Source of the DNA: Paraphysomonas bandaiensis
Lineage: Eukaryota; Protista; Chrysophyceae
Length of the DNA: 64,000 nt
Direction of reading: 5' to 3'
Assembly: GCA_965644295.1 (NCBI GenBank)
Contig: CBFFRP010000400.1
Location: forward strand, 1 to 64,000
This document shows, piece after piece, positions 25,196 to 36,699 of this stretch. The translations under genes and the position numbers were made by a program. Within the stretch, counting starts at the first letter, position 1. Every line of letters begins with the position of its first letter. The notes beneath the pieces were generated by a model. It did not search any database and was not told the origin of the DNA. It saw only the letters and a list, made by a program, of their open reading frames with translations.

Positions 25196-25761
25196 TTATA
25201 TTGAATGTCTTTTTATTTAGCAATAGGCGTTAAAAACCCGTTCCGATATAGCGGCTAGTTGAATACTAGTCTACTAGTTAGACCTCTACCCATAACTAAT
25301 CAGCGCAAATTCTATTATCCTACTATTTAACGCTACAGAAGCTGCTTGTGCGTCGCCGCAAGCACCAAGGTGCAACCACTTCCGTTCTTTGATGTTTGTG
25401 TGTGAATTCGCCCTGCTCGTGTGTCTGAGGACTCACTGGCGCGTGTTGTCCGGGGGTCTCCCCTTGGGATACGGTTCCGCCTGACTCTGAGGTACCGGGT
25501 TCTGTATTAAGGTCCTGAGTGTACCGAGCACTAGATGTGTGGACTGAGAGGTTGATGGTGTGGTGGAATGTGGCGGTGTCGCCATGCACCGTTTGGGCGT
25601 TGGGCATAGGTGGAGTTGCCGGAGACGTCGTCGCCTTTGTCTAGGGCCTGTTGGTTTCATACGGTCCGTTGCTATGGTCCTCTGTGTATGGTTGGTAGGG
25701 TTCAGAGGTACGGTGGGCGGTGTTCCAGTCTCGGTTCGTCTGTGGATTCCTAGTAATCTTA
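25196..25761 (-). mobile_element. 5'-truncated retroelement 3' fragment with conserved structured tail
   Basis: GC-rich body. Tail shared with 36160-36270 and 55018-55197, ending ACGCCTATTGCTAAATAAAAA. Candidate 13-bp TSD ATTGTTATAAATA at 25183-25195 / 25762-25774. Confidence 0.65.
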
Positions 25762-25934
25762 ATTGTTATAAATAATATTACTATCAACTCTTACATACTT
25801 ATGTGCTATGATTTGTTTGAGCTTTATTGATAATCTCTTTATTGGTAATGTGATCTCTGTTACAGTTTGATCTTAATGACTGACAATTACTTATTAATGA
25901 TACTAAAATAGGCTTTTTCTCTTCTTTTCCGGAG

Positions 25935-26093
25935 GTTTTTATATACATGGACTTATATTTTGCACCCTACAGTGAAGAAGCTTTCTGTATATGACTATCA
26001 TAAGTTTGATTGCAATATATTGATATATTGTGAGCTATTTTAACAGAAACAATATTGACCAATCAATAAATTGTTCCCTATTCCCTATCCCTG
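25935..26093 (-). mobile_element. Partial hAT derivative (left end, inverted)
   Basis: Reverse complement of the 18457/19389 left ends, terminating TTCCCTATCCCTG. Confidence 0.8.
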
Positions 26094-26149
26094 ATATATA
26101 GATATATAGATATATAACATATAGTACTGTAAGAAGGAGGATAGAGGAG

Positions 26150-27229
26150 TAGTCCCACAGTTTAATGAGAGCAATGTTGAACAATGGATTGAAGACTTCG
26201 AAACGTTCCTCATGAGGAAAGAGCAAAGTGAAGTAGCGGTGGAGCCACCACCGAAGGAGAGCGACTTCGGGGAACAGCCACTCACGTTAATGGAGGAGAA
26301 GTCTTACAGACAGGCTGTGAAGAAGTACTGGAAGGCGAATGCCATAGCGTATTCGTACTGTAGAGAGGCAGTGCAATCATCTTCGAAGGCGCTTCAGAAA
26401 TTCCATCTTTTACATAAAGGGTTCAAGGCTGATGGAAGAGGAAGCAACAGGTTTAAGGCGCATATTATGATTGATGAGTTGAAGAAGTGCTTTGCTGGAG
26501 GGAAGCAAAACAAGATCAGTGAGCTGTTGACTCAATATGGCTCTTTCCGTATGCGTCCGGAGGAGACTGCGAAGGACTACGTACTACGGTTCGAACTACT
26601 GCTGAAAGAGCTACAGGAGCAGCAGCAGGACATATCGGAGCTCTCAAAAATAACACAGTTACGAGAAGGTCTGTTGAATGAAGAATATGCTCCTTTGAAT
26701 GTTGCTTTGTACTTGATGCCTGATGATGTTGATTATGCAACATTATCAAGGAAGATAGAACGGTATGATGATACCATTCCTGGAAGGATTGCGTTAGAGC
26801 GGAAACGCAAGAAGGTGGAGGAGCTGAATTTCATTGAAAAGAGCAAACGGTCTCGAACAGAACGGGATAAGCGTAAGAAGGGCAACTGTAGATATTGCAG
26901 GAAAGAAGGAATTCCTCATAGCCATTCAACTGAACAGTGCAGGAGGAAGCAGAGGAAGAAGGATGGAGAGATATCAGGGCAGCGTCCTGGAAGTGCTGAG
27001 TATACGGGATGCAGAAATTGCAAGTCTCTGGAACATCTTGCTGCTGGTTCTCCACGCCGTATATTCTCTACTGTCAGCAACCTTTTGTCCGGCTTCCTAC
27101 CATGATTCTTCCCTTTCTCTCCTCTTCTAGAATGCTTTTTCTTCGTCGTTGGACAATCAGCAGCAAGATGTTCCAGAGACTTGCAATTTCTGTATCCCGT
27201 ATACTCAGCACTTCCAGGACGCTGCCCTG
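26150..27229 (+). mobile_element. Ty1/Copia gag remnant with zinc knuckles and a terminal inversion
   Basis: PQFNESNVEQW, NAIAYSY, FRMRPEETAKDYVLRF, GLLNEEY (UBN2/gag_2-like); CRYC...H...C and CRNCKSLEHLAA. The continuation lies inverted at 27047-27229. Confidence 0.85.
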
Positions 27230-27464
27230 GAAGTTGTGATAACCAACACTAACTCATTATAATCCCTGCATAATATCCTACATATGCGAACCTCTCGTTA
27301 CTGAACATATCTTGAAAGATCAAACTATTTCAGTTTCTCAATATCATCACAGCATTTGTACATCACTATATTTCACTGTATTCTCGTACATTGTCTTGAA
27401 GTGACATACTGAATATACTAGAATAAGATCCATATTCTAATACTGTAGGGCTGACTGAAACATT

Positions 27465-27508
27465 ATTCCATCAAACAATAGTATTGCAACATATTAACCC
27501 TATCCCTG
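27465..27508 (+). mobile_element. Isolated hAT right-end fragment
   Basis: CCATCAA...AATAGTATTGCAA...CCCTATCCCTG matches the right ends at 19255 and 20047. Confidence 0.7.
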
Positions 27509-27557
27509 ATCCAGTCCAAGTACCAAAACAATATCTAGGTATACACACCACTAATTA

Positions 27558-28400
27558 TTACTTATATGACCTAACATCATAAATTTCAACAACATCAGCC
27601 AGAATCAGAAAAGTAACATCACAAAGGAGGAAACACCATCCTGGTGTTGTGAAATGGGGACCTAAATACAGACATAATTCCTTTTCCACGGCACCTATAG
27701 CAAATGCAGCAGAAAGTGTTATACAGCACTTAAGCAGTGGTCTGATTTTATGGGTTGGCCAATATAGAAAAGGTATGATAATACCAGTGATTGCCATAGT
27801 CACTGGGTAGAGTATCTCACCGAGATAAGGGATAGATGTTAAGCCCATATAAGTAATTATAAATATCACTATAAATAATAATATAAATAAATTGGGATTT
27901 ATTCGTCGTATTAGTCGTGTTTGATACAATCTTCCAACTAAAAATGATAAGCATGAACAACATGTACTGCATATATCACCAACATGTCCAATATATGTAA
28001 TGAAAGAGAGATTATGATGTAATGTCATATCAATATGATGTATATATAGAGGAGGTGGATATATACAGTGATATAATAAGCCACATATATTCATAGTAGC
28101 AAAAAATAAGAATGACATACTATAAAATTGATATGGTATAGTATTAACAGGATCTCTACTATTGATATATAGACTGTATTTGAGGAGACCCCTACAGCCG
28201 TAGTATATACCAATGATTATACCACCAATAGCTGCAATAGCAAGCATAGGATTTGTAATAAGTCCTATAGGGGGTATATGTATATATGGAGTGGAGCATG
28301 TGGAAGAGGGATCGTTGAATAGATGATTCCATAGAGATGGAATGTTCTTCTGGAGGAAAGAAGATCCATCTGGGAAGAATGATAGAAGCATAGATTCCAT
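27558..28400 (-). CDS. Multi-pass membrane protein, function unknown
   Basis: About 7 hydrophobic segments. Likely start MESMLLSFF at 28400; the longer ORF is microsatellite read-through. Confidence 0.7.
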   Translation of the reverse strand: MESMLLSFFPDGSSFLQKNIPSLWNHLFNDPSSTCSTPYIHIPPIGLITNPMLAIAAIGGIIIGIYYGCRGLLKYSLYINSRDPVNTIPYQFYSMSFLFFATMNICGLLYHCIYPPPLYIHHIDMTLHHNLSFITYIGHVGDICSTCCSCLSFLVGRLYQTRLIRRINPNLFILLFIVIFIITYMGLTSIPYLGEILYPVTMAITGIIIPFLYWPTHKIRPLLKCCITLSAAFAIGAVEKELCLYLGPHFTTPGWCFLLCDVTFLILADVVEIYDVRSYK

Positions 28401-28491
28401 GAAGAAGGATTTGGGGGGTAAGTGAGTGGTGTGATAGCAGGGATACAGAGATAGTGGACATAATAGTATATATACGCTACACAACCTCCCT

Positions 28492-28746
28492 ATACATACA
28501 TACATACATACATACATACATACATACATACATACATACATGTACATACATACATACATACATACATACATACATACATACATACATACATACATACATA
28601 CATACATACATACATACATACATACATACATACATACATACATACATACATACATACATACATACATACATACATACATACATACATACATACATACATA
28701 CATACATACATACATACATACATACATACATACATACATACATACA
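28492..28746. repeat. (TACA)n microsatellite
   Basis: Near-perfect array between divergent genes. Confidence 0.99.
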
Positions 28747-28991
28747 TTCAAGTACAGCAGTACATACATGTACAGGTACATGCAGCAGCAGTAAAAGAAA
28801 AACTGAAAATGAAAGGTTTTGAGCGCATCATCTAGAGATGCACATGCAGATGTCTGTATACGGTATATGTATGTCTATCAACGTTGTTTGTTGTATGCAT
28901 GTGTGTATATGTATGTACAATCAATAATTACACCACATCACTATACCAAAATACTATCACTCAAAACACATCTCTATTCCTAGAATTAAAT

Positions 28992-29343
28992 ATGCTAACA
29001 AGATCATTGTTGCGTTCAGTACGTCGTGTACCCACTAACTCATCATTTAGTGGAATACAAGTGGCTCAATTTGGTGGAGGTCCTCCTCCTATTAAACTAA
29101 GAGGACCCGATAATCCAAGAGGAAAGAATGAATGGAATGTTGATGAAGAAGAGACCCCTCCTAAAACAGAACAAGTGATATTTGCCAAATTTATTGGAGC
29201 GTGTTGTTGGTTATGGATTATGATATCGGCGTATGAGGATAAGGGAAAGATGTTTGTAAGTAGCAAATACATATTGCACTAACTGGTTTAAAATTATTTT
29301 TTAGGGTTTATATGAGCCATGGAAAGAGGATCACGCACATTAA
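28992..29343 (+). CDS. Small mitochondrial membrane protein, complex I NDUFB2 (AGGG)-like; intron 29256-29304
   Basis: Presequence MLTRSLLRSVRR, FGGG, one TM AKFIGACCWLWIM, then D...FGLYEPW. Confidence 0.7.
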
Positions 29344-29847
29344 GTTTATGCTGCATAGGGTTTTCATTTCAGTGGACGGCAAAGTAGAATTTATGTTTTA
29401 TATCCCGTGAAGAAGATTGTTTGCATTGATGATGCACATAATAATCAGAACACGCTTACTTATCCTTGCATTGAGAGTGTCCCAATATTAAACTTGCAGA
29501 TTACTCAATATTCTCGTTGCTGGATTGTAGTAGTAGGTAGTATGTGTTGTGACGTACTAAGTGCGAGCTAGACACACACAAGGCCAAATTGATATGGGAC
29601 TCAAACCTCAAACTATTTACTGAGCTATCATTCTAGCAACTGTTTTGCTGTTTTGAATATGTGCTATTTTATGACTATGTGCTAGTGCTACAAAATCTTT
29701 TCAACTAATGAAGGAATGCTTGCAACATCAAGAAACAGAGTGGATGTTGATGTGCGCAGGTGAAAGAACCAACAAAAGATGGGTAGTTAGATGAAGAATA
29801 AAGACTAGTCAAGCTAGATCGACCTCCATCGGTGGGACTCCCGCTGA

Positions 29848-30195
29848 GTACCTATAGGTACCTACCTATAGGTATACCTATAGGTACTTTTATAATTAAA
29901 ATCGAAGGTACCTATTAGGTACCTCTGTCTACCTATAGGTACATTTTTGAGCAATAGGTGGTACCTAAAGGTTTTCGAATAGGTACCACCTATAGCTACC
30001 CAGTATACCTATAGGTACCCCCTAATACACGTACCTATTTGTCTCCCTATAGGTGGTACCTATGACCTCTAGATTTCCTACTGATAGGTATCCCTATTTA
30101 TATTAAAATGTACCTATAGGTACTGCCTACATGTATCAATACTACCTATAGGTACTACCTAAAAATATAATACCAATACTACCTATAGGTACTAT
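29848..30195. repeat. Left subterminal array of palindromic (T)ACCTATAGGT(A) motifs
   Basis: A dozen or more full or half copies with irregular spacing. Confidence 0.92.
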
Positions 30196-30453
30196 AATTA
30201 GCAATAATAAACACAGTATAATATATATATTGCAAAGTAGAAAAAGCAAGCAATGCAGATCTGTAATCATGAATGAGTAGACAAACTATGTATTCAATTA
30301 ATATAGACGGCATTAACATAGTTCGAAGTAAAAATTAACGGCAATTACTACTTAGAACCTACAAAATACATACCACGACAAATTTGAACCACATCGTAAG
30401 CTAGCTCCCAATCACCTGCTAAGAAGTAGAAGCATTGTGCACTTCAGAAGCCT

Positions 30454-32005
30454 TCACCGCCAATCTGAAGTTAACAGGGAAGTATCGTCATTGTTCAGAC
30501 TGTCGTCGTCCTTCTTCGACTTCCCCAACGTTTGAACCATACCCCAACGTTTGAACCATACTAACCTTTCATTCTTGAAAAAATTCAAATCACTGTCACT
30601 TATCACAAGTTCACGCCGGGAATCCCGAATAGGATTCATACCGTCGGTCGCTCTGGAGCAAATTTCAGATGTCCATGCTTCTCGTGGAGGACCTAAAAGC
30701 ATTTGTTGAGCCGTTGACTCAACCATGATGCTAGTCTGGTCCATAAAGGCCTCAGGATCTTCATTTTCATCGAAGTCGTAGGCTCCAATCATGATGCATA
30801 CTGCCTCAATGGCAGTCTGCATATATGACCCCTTGTTGTCCACTTGATACTTTCGTGGACTAATACCTTTTCAACAGAATTACATCAATTGGCACAATAT
30901 AATAAATACTTACCATTTTCCAATACTTCGGCTAATTCCCGTCTAAATGATGCAGTCGCCCACAAAGGCTGTGTGGAGAACAGCTTGGCGTGACAACATC
31001 TAATCTTGGTCTTCAAATTACACGACAATTTGCGAATATACTTCTTGACATACCTGCAATGATATTAGAAAAAAGTAAATAATATGAGCAGTATATACTT
31101 GCACGCCGAAAATGCAGACACCACCTCACTTGCTAACAATTTTTCATCAGCTTGCAAAGCACCTTCTTTATAAGCGAGAGATAATGCCTACTAGTGTGTT
31201 ATTCACAATAATAATATAATAGTAGCAGATGACTGGGCACTGTAAAATGCGATGCGGCACGATATATATATTATGCTGTACTGTATGATATGATATATAT
31301 ATAACGTAATGATACAATAATGAATGGTATAAAATATATGTTATACGATATATATCATACGATATCATAATATTTGATATGGTTGTTCAAAAAACACAAG
31401 AGGTATCTAATACAATGATAGATATGAAATGTATAATATAACGGTGTACGATATGTTAATACATGATAAAAGGAGGATGGTATTTGATGATGTGAGGGTA
31501 TACAATATATGATGATATGTGATGCTATATGATTCAAGATATGTGGCAGAGAAAACAACATGAATAACCTTGTTATGAGGAGCTTGAGTTGCAACCCCTC
31601 CTTTGAAATCACCACCAAAATCAGCTGAATCAGTAGGTCGAAGTGCTCTTCCACTGAAACCACATCTCCTGTGTCCAGTTTAACAAAGAGACGTTCATAC
31701 ATCATCTCTTTGTGATAAGCACGGAATCCTGGAAGAGTGGAGAGTTTTTCGGCGCTCTGGCGTCCAATGCACAGCTCATTCGTTGTGAGAACCGTCGCCA
31801 ATATCCTGGACTGGACTTTCTTATGCCTGAAAGTCGTGTACACTGTCGAGTTGGACGAAGAGTTACATGGAGGCATCCTGGCTTCTCGAGGTGAAGCATC
31901 TGACTGTTCGGCGGCGAAGTTGTCGTCCACGATGGATTGCTGTTGACAAGGCCTTTTCTGTGCCCTCGCAGACACAGCAGATGCAGTTCGTTTTCGCAGG
32001 GGCAT
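30454..32005 (-). CDS. Transposon accessory gene, multi-exon, function unknown
   Basis: Starts MPLRKRTAS. Downstream exons ~31100-31187, ~30915-31053 and 30454-30867 join in frame via GT-AG sites. The exon 1 donor is uncertain. Confidence 0.6.
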
Positions 32006-32310
32006 CTCAGAGTAAATTGTGGCATTAAGTCACCATGAATTCACATGTTTGAAATTCAAATATTCGCATACTCTCTGAATATATTCACATACTCACACTT
32101 CGCCTCTTTGCTTCTTTCTTTCATATATGTAGTTATGTGATGCACTTCTTCGAAGTCAACTTCGAGAGAAGTCCAGGAAGTGTGTGCTATAATCGTTTTT
32201 ATATACTAGGAATTTCCTACTGTACGCACAGTACGGAGCAGAGTACAACACTGTAGTATACTGCTGTACCGTATAACAGATAGCAGTAGATACGATCGTA
32301 GCAGTATATT

Positions 32311-35300
32311 ATGGACAGCTTGTGGAAATGCGCAATATGTCAGGGAATATTCAGTTCAAGTCAGAGTCTGGGGAACCATGGAAGATACTGCTCGCCACTG
32401 TCTTCAGAATCAGAGATTTGTACATCAGAGCAGTATTCTAAGAAACGAAAAGCTGCATATGGACCTCAGGCTTACACTATTCATGATGATTACAATCAAG
32501 ATGACAGTGGAATTGATGAGTACAGTGACTGTGAGGACTCATCAATTCCTATGTACATGTGGCAACATCAGAGACTGGAGGAAGCAAGCCCAACTGGAAA
32601 TACAGAGTTTCCAATCTGTCATCCAGATTATGACGCGGAAGACAAACCACTCTCCACGTATAAGAAGCTCCAGGAAGTGTTTTACGACAAGTCTTATGGC
32701 GTGGATGCATTGGGAGCTATGAATCTTGAAAGCTTTATTGAAGCTGTCAGCACTTCGAGTAATCATAACATGTCAGATATTTTGCTTCTCAAGTTGTATG
32801 CATTTGGAAGAAAGTGCAAGTTAAGCCGATCTACAGGAGATGCACTTCTGGAATTGATTCGCTTATTCAAACCTTGTGAAGAACTTCCAAAATCATGGAA
32901 GACAGTTGTGTCGAATTTCAAAAAGAGAACACAACATTACAGATATGTTGAAAAGTCTATAGGTTGGCCATCTTCGTGGGAAATGGAATCTTGGAAAATT
33001 TCTGGACAGAAACCTGACGAAATCATTGTTCGAGCACGAGACCCATTGGAAATGCTAAGTTATCTGGCCGTCGACCCGACAATTCAGTTCTCGTGGAAAG
33101 AGCACGTTCATTATGATACATTTTCCATGACAGATATTAATACTGGTGAGAACTATGTTGGTGATCTCATGTCATCATCCTGGGCGAAGAACACGGAGCG
33201 AGTTATACGCCAAGAAAAAAATCCTGAAGGCAAATTAATGCCATGTCTACTGTATCATGACGGGGTTGCTATGGGGCATGGTGCCAACATCAAGTCTGTG
33301 CCAGTCCTGGGGACATGCGGCAATTTCAGCGATGAGTTAATTCGGAAAAATATTGCAAAGTTTTGCTTAGGTTTTATTCCTGACATCACAAGCACGATAA
33401 GTGTCGAAGCTCTGATTTCTCATTTGATGGAACGTGGAATGAGCCGAACCGCAGCAGGGAAGGAAGTCAGGTGGTTTAACTTGCACTTGGAAAAAGAATT
33501 CTGGAGTATGGTTACGGCTCCTCTCAAAGCTGCTTCTTCTAGAGGTGCAGAGATGTATGTGTTAGGAAAGGGTTTAATTACCGTTTATACCTTTCATCCT
33601 TTTAGCATTGGAGATGACCCGGCCATCCATCGACAGTTTGGCTTATACGAAGGAAATTCCCGCTTTGCATGTGTTACATGTGAGTATCCTCTGAGGGCCG
33701 GTGTTTTTTATAACCCAGACCTTCATCCGAGGAGAGATGGCAATGCCATTGCTGAACAGTGCCGAAATGTGAATAGTGGTCAGCTATCAGACAAAGAAGA
33801 GAAGTATGTTCGTAAGTTACTTGATAATAGATGCATCATGCCGTTTGTAAACGCCTTCCATCATGCGTTTATGGGCTACAACAACCATTGCTTCAATAAT
33901 CCTCAAGACTTATTTCACCTGTTTTGTGCTGGTATTGCAAAAAGTCTTGTTTTATGGATTCTTAGCGTTGTTGACAGTATTAGCACAACAGTAGACCGAA
34001 CATTTCGAAATATTAAGGGCGTGTTGGATGCCAGACTTAAGTTGATGCCTCAGGTTCCTGATATGCCACACGTGAATTGGACAGTCTTCAAGAAAGGCTT
34101 GATGCACATTATGAGCAATAAAAGTAAAAAGGAAAAGGGTCACTCGACTGGTTCCGGAGGTGGATATAGATCAAGTGAATTCATCACGGCACTATTGCAA
34201 CTTCTGTTTGCGGTATGTTTTTCTAAATTGTATTCTCTATATTATGTGCTTGACATCACCTTTTTACATTAGATTGGCACGGATGGTCAAGTGCTACCGA
34301 CAGATACCAACTACAGTTATTGCAGCAAAAATTCACGGCACCTGCGTTTAGGCAATGTAACAAAGAAAGTGTTACAAGCAATTAAAGCCGTGCTGAACGT
34401 CTATTTTGAGTGCAAGAAAAGCTGTTTTACTGATGGTGACATCCTGAATGTGGACCGTATGTGCCACGATATGGTTGCTAAGGTTTTACTGGTATGGGAT
34501 TTGAAACAAACACTTCTTGGTAACCAGCCATCAAGTCCATTAATGCGCAAACTCCATTCTGTAATGCATCTTTCACTTAATATTTCCATGTTTGGGGCAT
34601 TATCAAAGTCTGATGCGGGTACTTGGGAATCAAGCAATCGCTATTTTACAACCGAAAACTGGCGACGCACAAGCAGGAGGTATACTTCTTCTAATGTGGA
34701 GATGCTAACATTAGCAATATGCCAAGATCATTGTCGAGTACTTGAGTTTATAGCCGCGTGCCACACACACGACACTGAATACATAAACTCTCTGAAGCCA
34801 GAAATTCCACCGGAGGTCGTTCTAGTTTACCCCATGAGAAATGTCAAACATGTGCGGTTATGTGTTGATGCTAACCACTCCTTGTTTATTTGTGAAGAAG
34901 AAGGAATAGAATTGGAAGAATTTATTGGACACAAGGAATTATCTAGTAACTCCCTTACTGATTTTTGTAAACAAGCTCTTGGTGATAAGAACTGGAACTG
35001 TTTACAACGTGGTGACATCTCGTTGAAGTTAATACAGGCCCTCACCTACAATGCCAACAAAGAGAGTGGCATTGGTAAAGGATCTCATCATGCCATGAAA
35101 GGGGCAGAGAGTCGAAAACCACGCTTTGATTTCATATGCATCCAAATGGAAAGTGGAGACATACAAGTTGCTCAAATAGTATCGATGCTTCAGTTGTCAG
35201 CGGCCAACAACACTAAATATCTCTATATTGTTCAATACATGGAAAAATGTACGACCACTATTCTTGACCCGTTTTCAAAATATAAGTGGGAGGTACTGCG

Positions 35301-35688
35301 CTACAACAGGCGACGACAACCTCAGTTTTTTCAGGATATTATTAATTTTGAAAGTATTATTGACACAGCTTTTATAATACCAGATTCTTCTTGCGATGTC
35401 GTCGTGGGTAAGCCTCAAATTTCAGATCGTTTTTGGTTTATTCCAAGGAAGTTTTTTGATCGTTGTGGGTGGGATGATTTGGATTTTATTAACTGTCATC
35501 ATATAGAGGGAATGCAACAATATATCAGACAAAATAGCTCCGGTGCAATTGTTCTTGAACGTAATGTGCATGGCCACGACAGTCATAACGCAAACAATGA
35601 GAGTGGCAGTAGTGACCACTCATCAGAATGTGATAGCAATCCCAGTACTGTTTACAGCACCGGTGACTCTTCTGACAATGACACATAA
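32311..35688 (+). CDS. Plavaka-type DDE transposase, ~1105 aa; 2 exons (intron 34213-34272)
   Basis: N-terminal zinc finger CAIC...H...C; RDPLEML...DP; LLYHDG; PVLGTCGNF; LGFIP; GDDPA; CVTC; PQDLFHLFCAG; KLHSVMHL...FG...WESSNR. A phase-0 intron joins the two ORFs with no stops. Confidence 0.88.
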
Positions 35689-35854
35689 TTAATGTTGCGC
35701 GCTTATTATTGATTATGATCATAGAATGCACAGCCATACTTGTTTAGTAATAATAATATATAACAAAAAAAGATATATTATACTATTCACCGCTGTGTTG
35801 CTTGCCTATGTACATTGTGAAACTTAAAACAACATCTGATGGTTCAAAACTCAG

Positions 35855-36140
35855 GTACCTACAGGTCTTTCGTCTTATACCTATAGGCAACGAGTAGCAC
35901 TACCTATAGATAGTACCTAATCCTTCGATACCTATAGGTGGGACTTGAGGTACCTATAGGTAGGTGCCTAACTCTTATCACCTATAGGCAGGGTAGCTAG
36001 GTATACCTATAGGTAGTGACAGCTAGGTACCTACCTATAGGTAGGGTCCTTAGGCATGCCTATAGGTGGGTACCTATTAGGTAGGTACCTATTAGGTACC
36101 TGCGATGGACCTATAGGTAGGTCGAGCGACCTATAGGTAC
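35855..36140. repeat. Right subterminal array of ACCTATAGGT motifs
   Basis: A dozen or more full or half copies. Confidence 0.92.
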
Positions 36141-36159
36141 TAAATTCGACCCACCGATG

Positions 36160-36275
36160 TCTACCATTAACTAACACAAATTCTCATATCCTACTATTTA
36201 ACGCTACAGAAGCTGCTTGTGCATCGCCGCAAGCACCAAGGTGTAACGTGTAACCACTTCCGTTCTTGTGTGAGG
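36160..36275 (-). repeat. Conserved retroelement tail copy interrupted by the Plavaka insertion (remainder at ~29780-29826)
   Basis: Nearly identical to 25285-25388; the left flank of the transposon supplies the rest. Confidence 0.85.
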
Positions 36276-36514
36276 GAGAAGCTCTCTGCGGACGTTATGA
36301 CTTGAATACTTGTGTATTTATTGTTCACTTTCCCTACAATAGTATACTACTTCGCTAGAAACGGCTACATATACTTCTCGGATAGTGTATATCTATTACA
36401 AAAATACAGCACCGTATGAAGGACAAGATACGACAATGAAATTAATTGAAAATGAATTAAATGATACGCAACCATGTGAAGTATATATCAGTACAACCAT
36501 ACACTATCTATTCC

Positions 36515-36672
36515 ACAAACCTCCCACTTCACAGAACATACTAGGATGCTATCGGATCACAGAATGGTACCTTACCTATAAGATTTATTGTTCCTGATAT
36601 GACATAAATCACATTTGTACGGCAATATAAGTACCCCAACTCTATAGGCATTGTGCAATGCTTGCTGGTATG
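36515..36672 (-). repeat. ~158-bp tandem duplicate of the sfsA 3' end
   Basis: Closely matches 36674-36832 with a few substitutions and a small deletion. Confidence 0.93.
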
Positions 36673-36699
36673 TACAAACCTCCCACTTCACAGAACATA

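Larger units (their letters stand above)
29827..36159 (+). mobile_element. Complete Plavaka/CMC(CACTA-related) DNA transposon, 6.3 kb
   Basis: 10-bp TIR CATCGGTGGG / CCCACCGATG; 2-bp TSD TC; subterminal TACCTATAGGTA arrays at both ends; transposase plus a divergent second gene. Confidence 0.9.

Noticed and set aside
29848-30195. CRISPR-like array of palindromic repeats
   Set aside because: Repeats are 10-12 bp with irregular spacing, there are no cas genes, and the array is mirrored at the other end of a TIR transposon.
32311-35688. Two separate genes (653 aa and 465 aa)
   Set aside because: A 60-nt phase-0 GT-AG intron joins them into one transposase.
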